A DNA stretch of 64,000 nt. Source: Octopus vulgaris. Its lineage: Eukaryota. A program made the translations under genes and the position numbers. Of the stretch, positions 62,818 to 64,000 are shown in pieces. Location of the stretch: NCBI GenBank assembly GCA_951406725.2, contig OX597833.1, positions 17,236,001-17,300,000 on the forward strand, read 5' to 3'. The notes below the pieces were generated by a model that made no database searches, was not told the origin of the DNA, and worked only from the letters and a program-made list of their open reading frames with translations. The stretch's first letter is position 1, and the number at the start of each line of letters is the position of its first letter.

Positions 62818-63513
62818 TAGCCAAACTTCTATCCAATATACGGCAAGGAACTTATACTGGTTCCAAAAAAAAAAAAGAAAGAAAAAAGAAAGAAAAACGG
62901 AAAAACGAAAAGAGAGCAGAACATATTTGTGGCCTAAGTATTTTGCATAATTTAAGCAAAAATAATTTTAATGAATTAAACAAAAATAATTTTAATGAAT
63001 TTAACAAAAATAATTCTAATAAGCCAAGAATTTACGTTATACGGTATTTAATATACCTGTATTTATACATTTACTACTCAGCTGTTTAAATAAAAGAGAA
63101 TTCCCTGCAGACTTAAACCGAATGAAGCAAAGCACTAAGCTATGTATTAAATACGTATTTATTCCTGTATTTAATCATCTGTTCTGTAACTTCCGGTTAT
63201 ATAATAATATTTTGACATGTATTCCCTAAGGAGAAACCATCGCCGGTTTTTTCTTACGTTTTTCTTTTAAGAAATACATTTCTTTCTATTTCCTTCCGAC
63301 TTCGTCATTTGTGGCGTTGAAAGTATTACGTTTGTTCTGTTTGCCTTACAGACTGTTTCTGTGTACGAATTTGTATATATAGTGAAAGTGTTGCAGAAAG
63401 TGTTGGAACGAAAAGTATGACTAACTCCATCTTGACTTTGTGAAAATATAAATAAACATTAAAACGATGCTTAATGTACGCAATCTTTTAGCATATATAT
63501 ATATATTTGTGGA

Positions 63514-63886
63514 GGCGCAATGGCCCAGTGGTTAGGGCAGCGGACTCGCGGTCATAGGATCGCGGTTTCGATTCCCAGACCGGGCGTTGTGAGTGTTTAT
63601 TGAGCGAAAACACCTAAAAGCTCCACGAGGCTCTAGCAGGGGATGGTGGTGATCCCTGCTGTACTCTTTCACCACAATTTTCTCTTATTTCCTGTTTCTG
63701 TTGTACCTGTATTTCAAAGGGCCGGCCTTGTCACTCTCTGTGTCACGCTGAATATCCCCGAGAACTGCGTTAAGGGTACACGTGTCTGAGGAGTGCTCAG
63801 CCACTTACACGTTAATTTCACGAGCAGGCTGTTCCGCTGATCGGATCAACCGGAACCCTCGTCGTCGTAACCGACGGAGTGCTTCC
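63514..63886 (+). mobile_element. SINE family C, tail type 4
   Basis: Family C head; tail ...GCAGGCTGTTCCGCTGATCGGATCAACCGGAACCCTCGTCGTCGTAACC. Confidence 0.85.
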
Positions 63887-63896
63887 ATATATATAT

Positions 63897-64000
63897 TTAC
63901 TATTTACTTGTTTCAGTCATTTGACTGCGGCCATGCTGGAGCACCGCCTTTAGTCGAGCAAATCGACCCTCAGGACTTATCTCTTTGTAAGCCTAGTACT
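63897..64000 (-). mobile_element. SINE family A 3' end (continues beyond the window)
   Basis: Reverse complement of the family A tail. Confidence 0.85.

Noticed and set aside
63180-63420. ACTTCCGG ETS motif and pyrimidine tract as a promoter or acceptor
   Set aside because: A single motif with no supporting exon structure inside the window.
63514-63586. Possible functional tRNA genes (also 33758, 37877, 45185-45255)
   Set aside because: Acceptor stems are poor and each continues into a repeated SINE body; they are SINE heads.

Overview
This is AT-rich, repeat-saturated eukaryotic genomic DNA. The SINE repertoire and microsatellite load most resemble an octopus (cephalopod) genome; that assignment is inferred from recalled repeat families, not from a search. 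No intact protein-coding gene can be supported. Almost all ORF-track entries are translations of (TA)n, (CA)n, (TACA)n, (TAGA)n, (TAC)n repeats or of SINE bodies. What can be supported: (i) several SINE families, labelled A-F here (my labels); (ii) decayed LINE fragments of the RTE, CR1, R4/Dong and CRE types; (iii) Penelope-like element (PLE) remnants, including a GIY-YIG C-terminus and inverted pseudo-LTRs; (iv) DNA-transposon relics and MITEs (mariner/Tc1, Merlin, hAT) and non-autonomous Helitrons. The most interesting signals are as follows. About ten minimal hammerhead-ribozyme motifs occur, one apparently intact (39240-39314) and two forming a perfect 152-bp palindrome. A tRNA-headed, Pol III-type SINE carries a hammerhead in its tail and shows a PLE-type inverted end, suggesting mobilisation by Penelope machinery. 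A second SINE builds 184-bp tandem arrays, apparently by inserting at GGTAWTT, a motif present in its own head. A duplicated cassette holds four co-oriented CTCF-like sites. A few weak candidate exons are noted. Boundaries of degenerate repeats are approximate.
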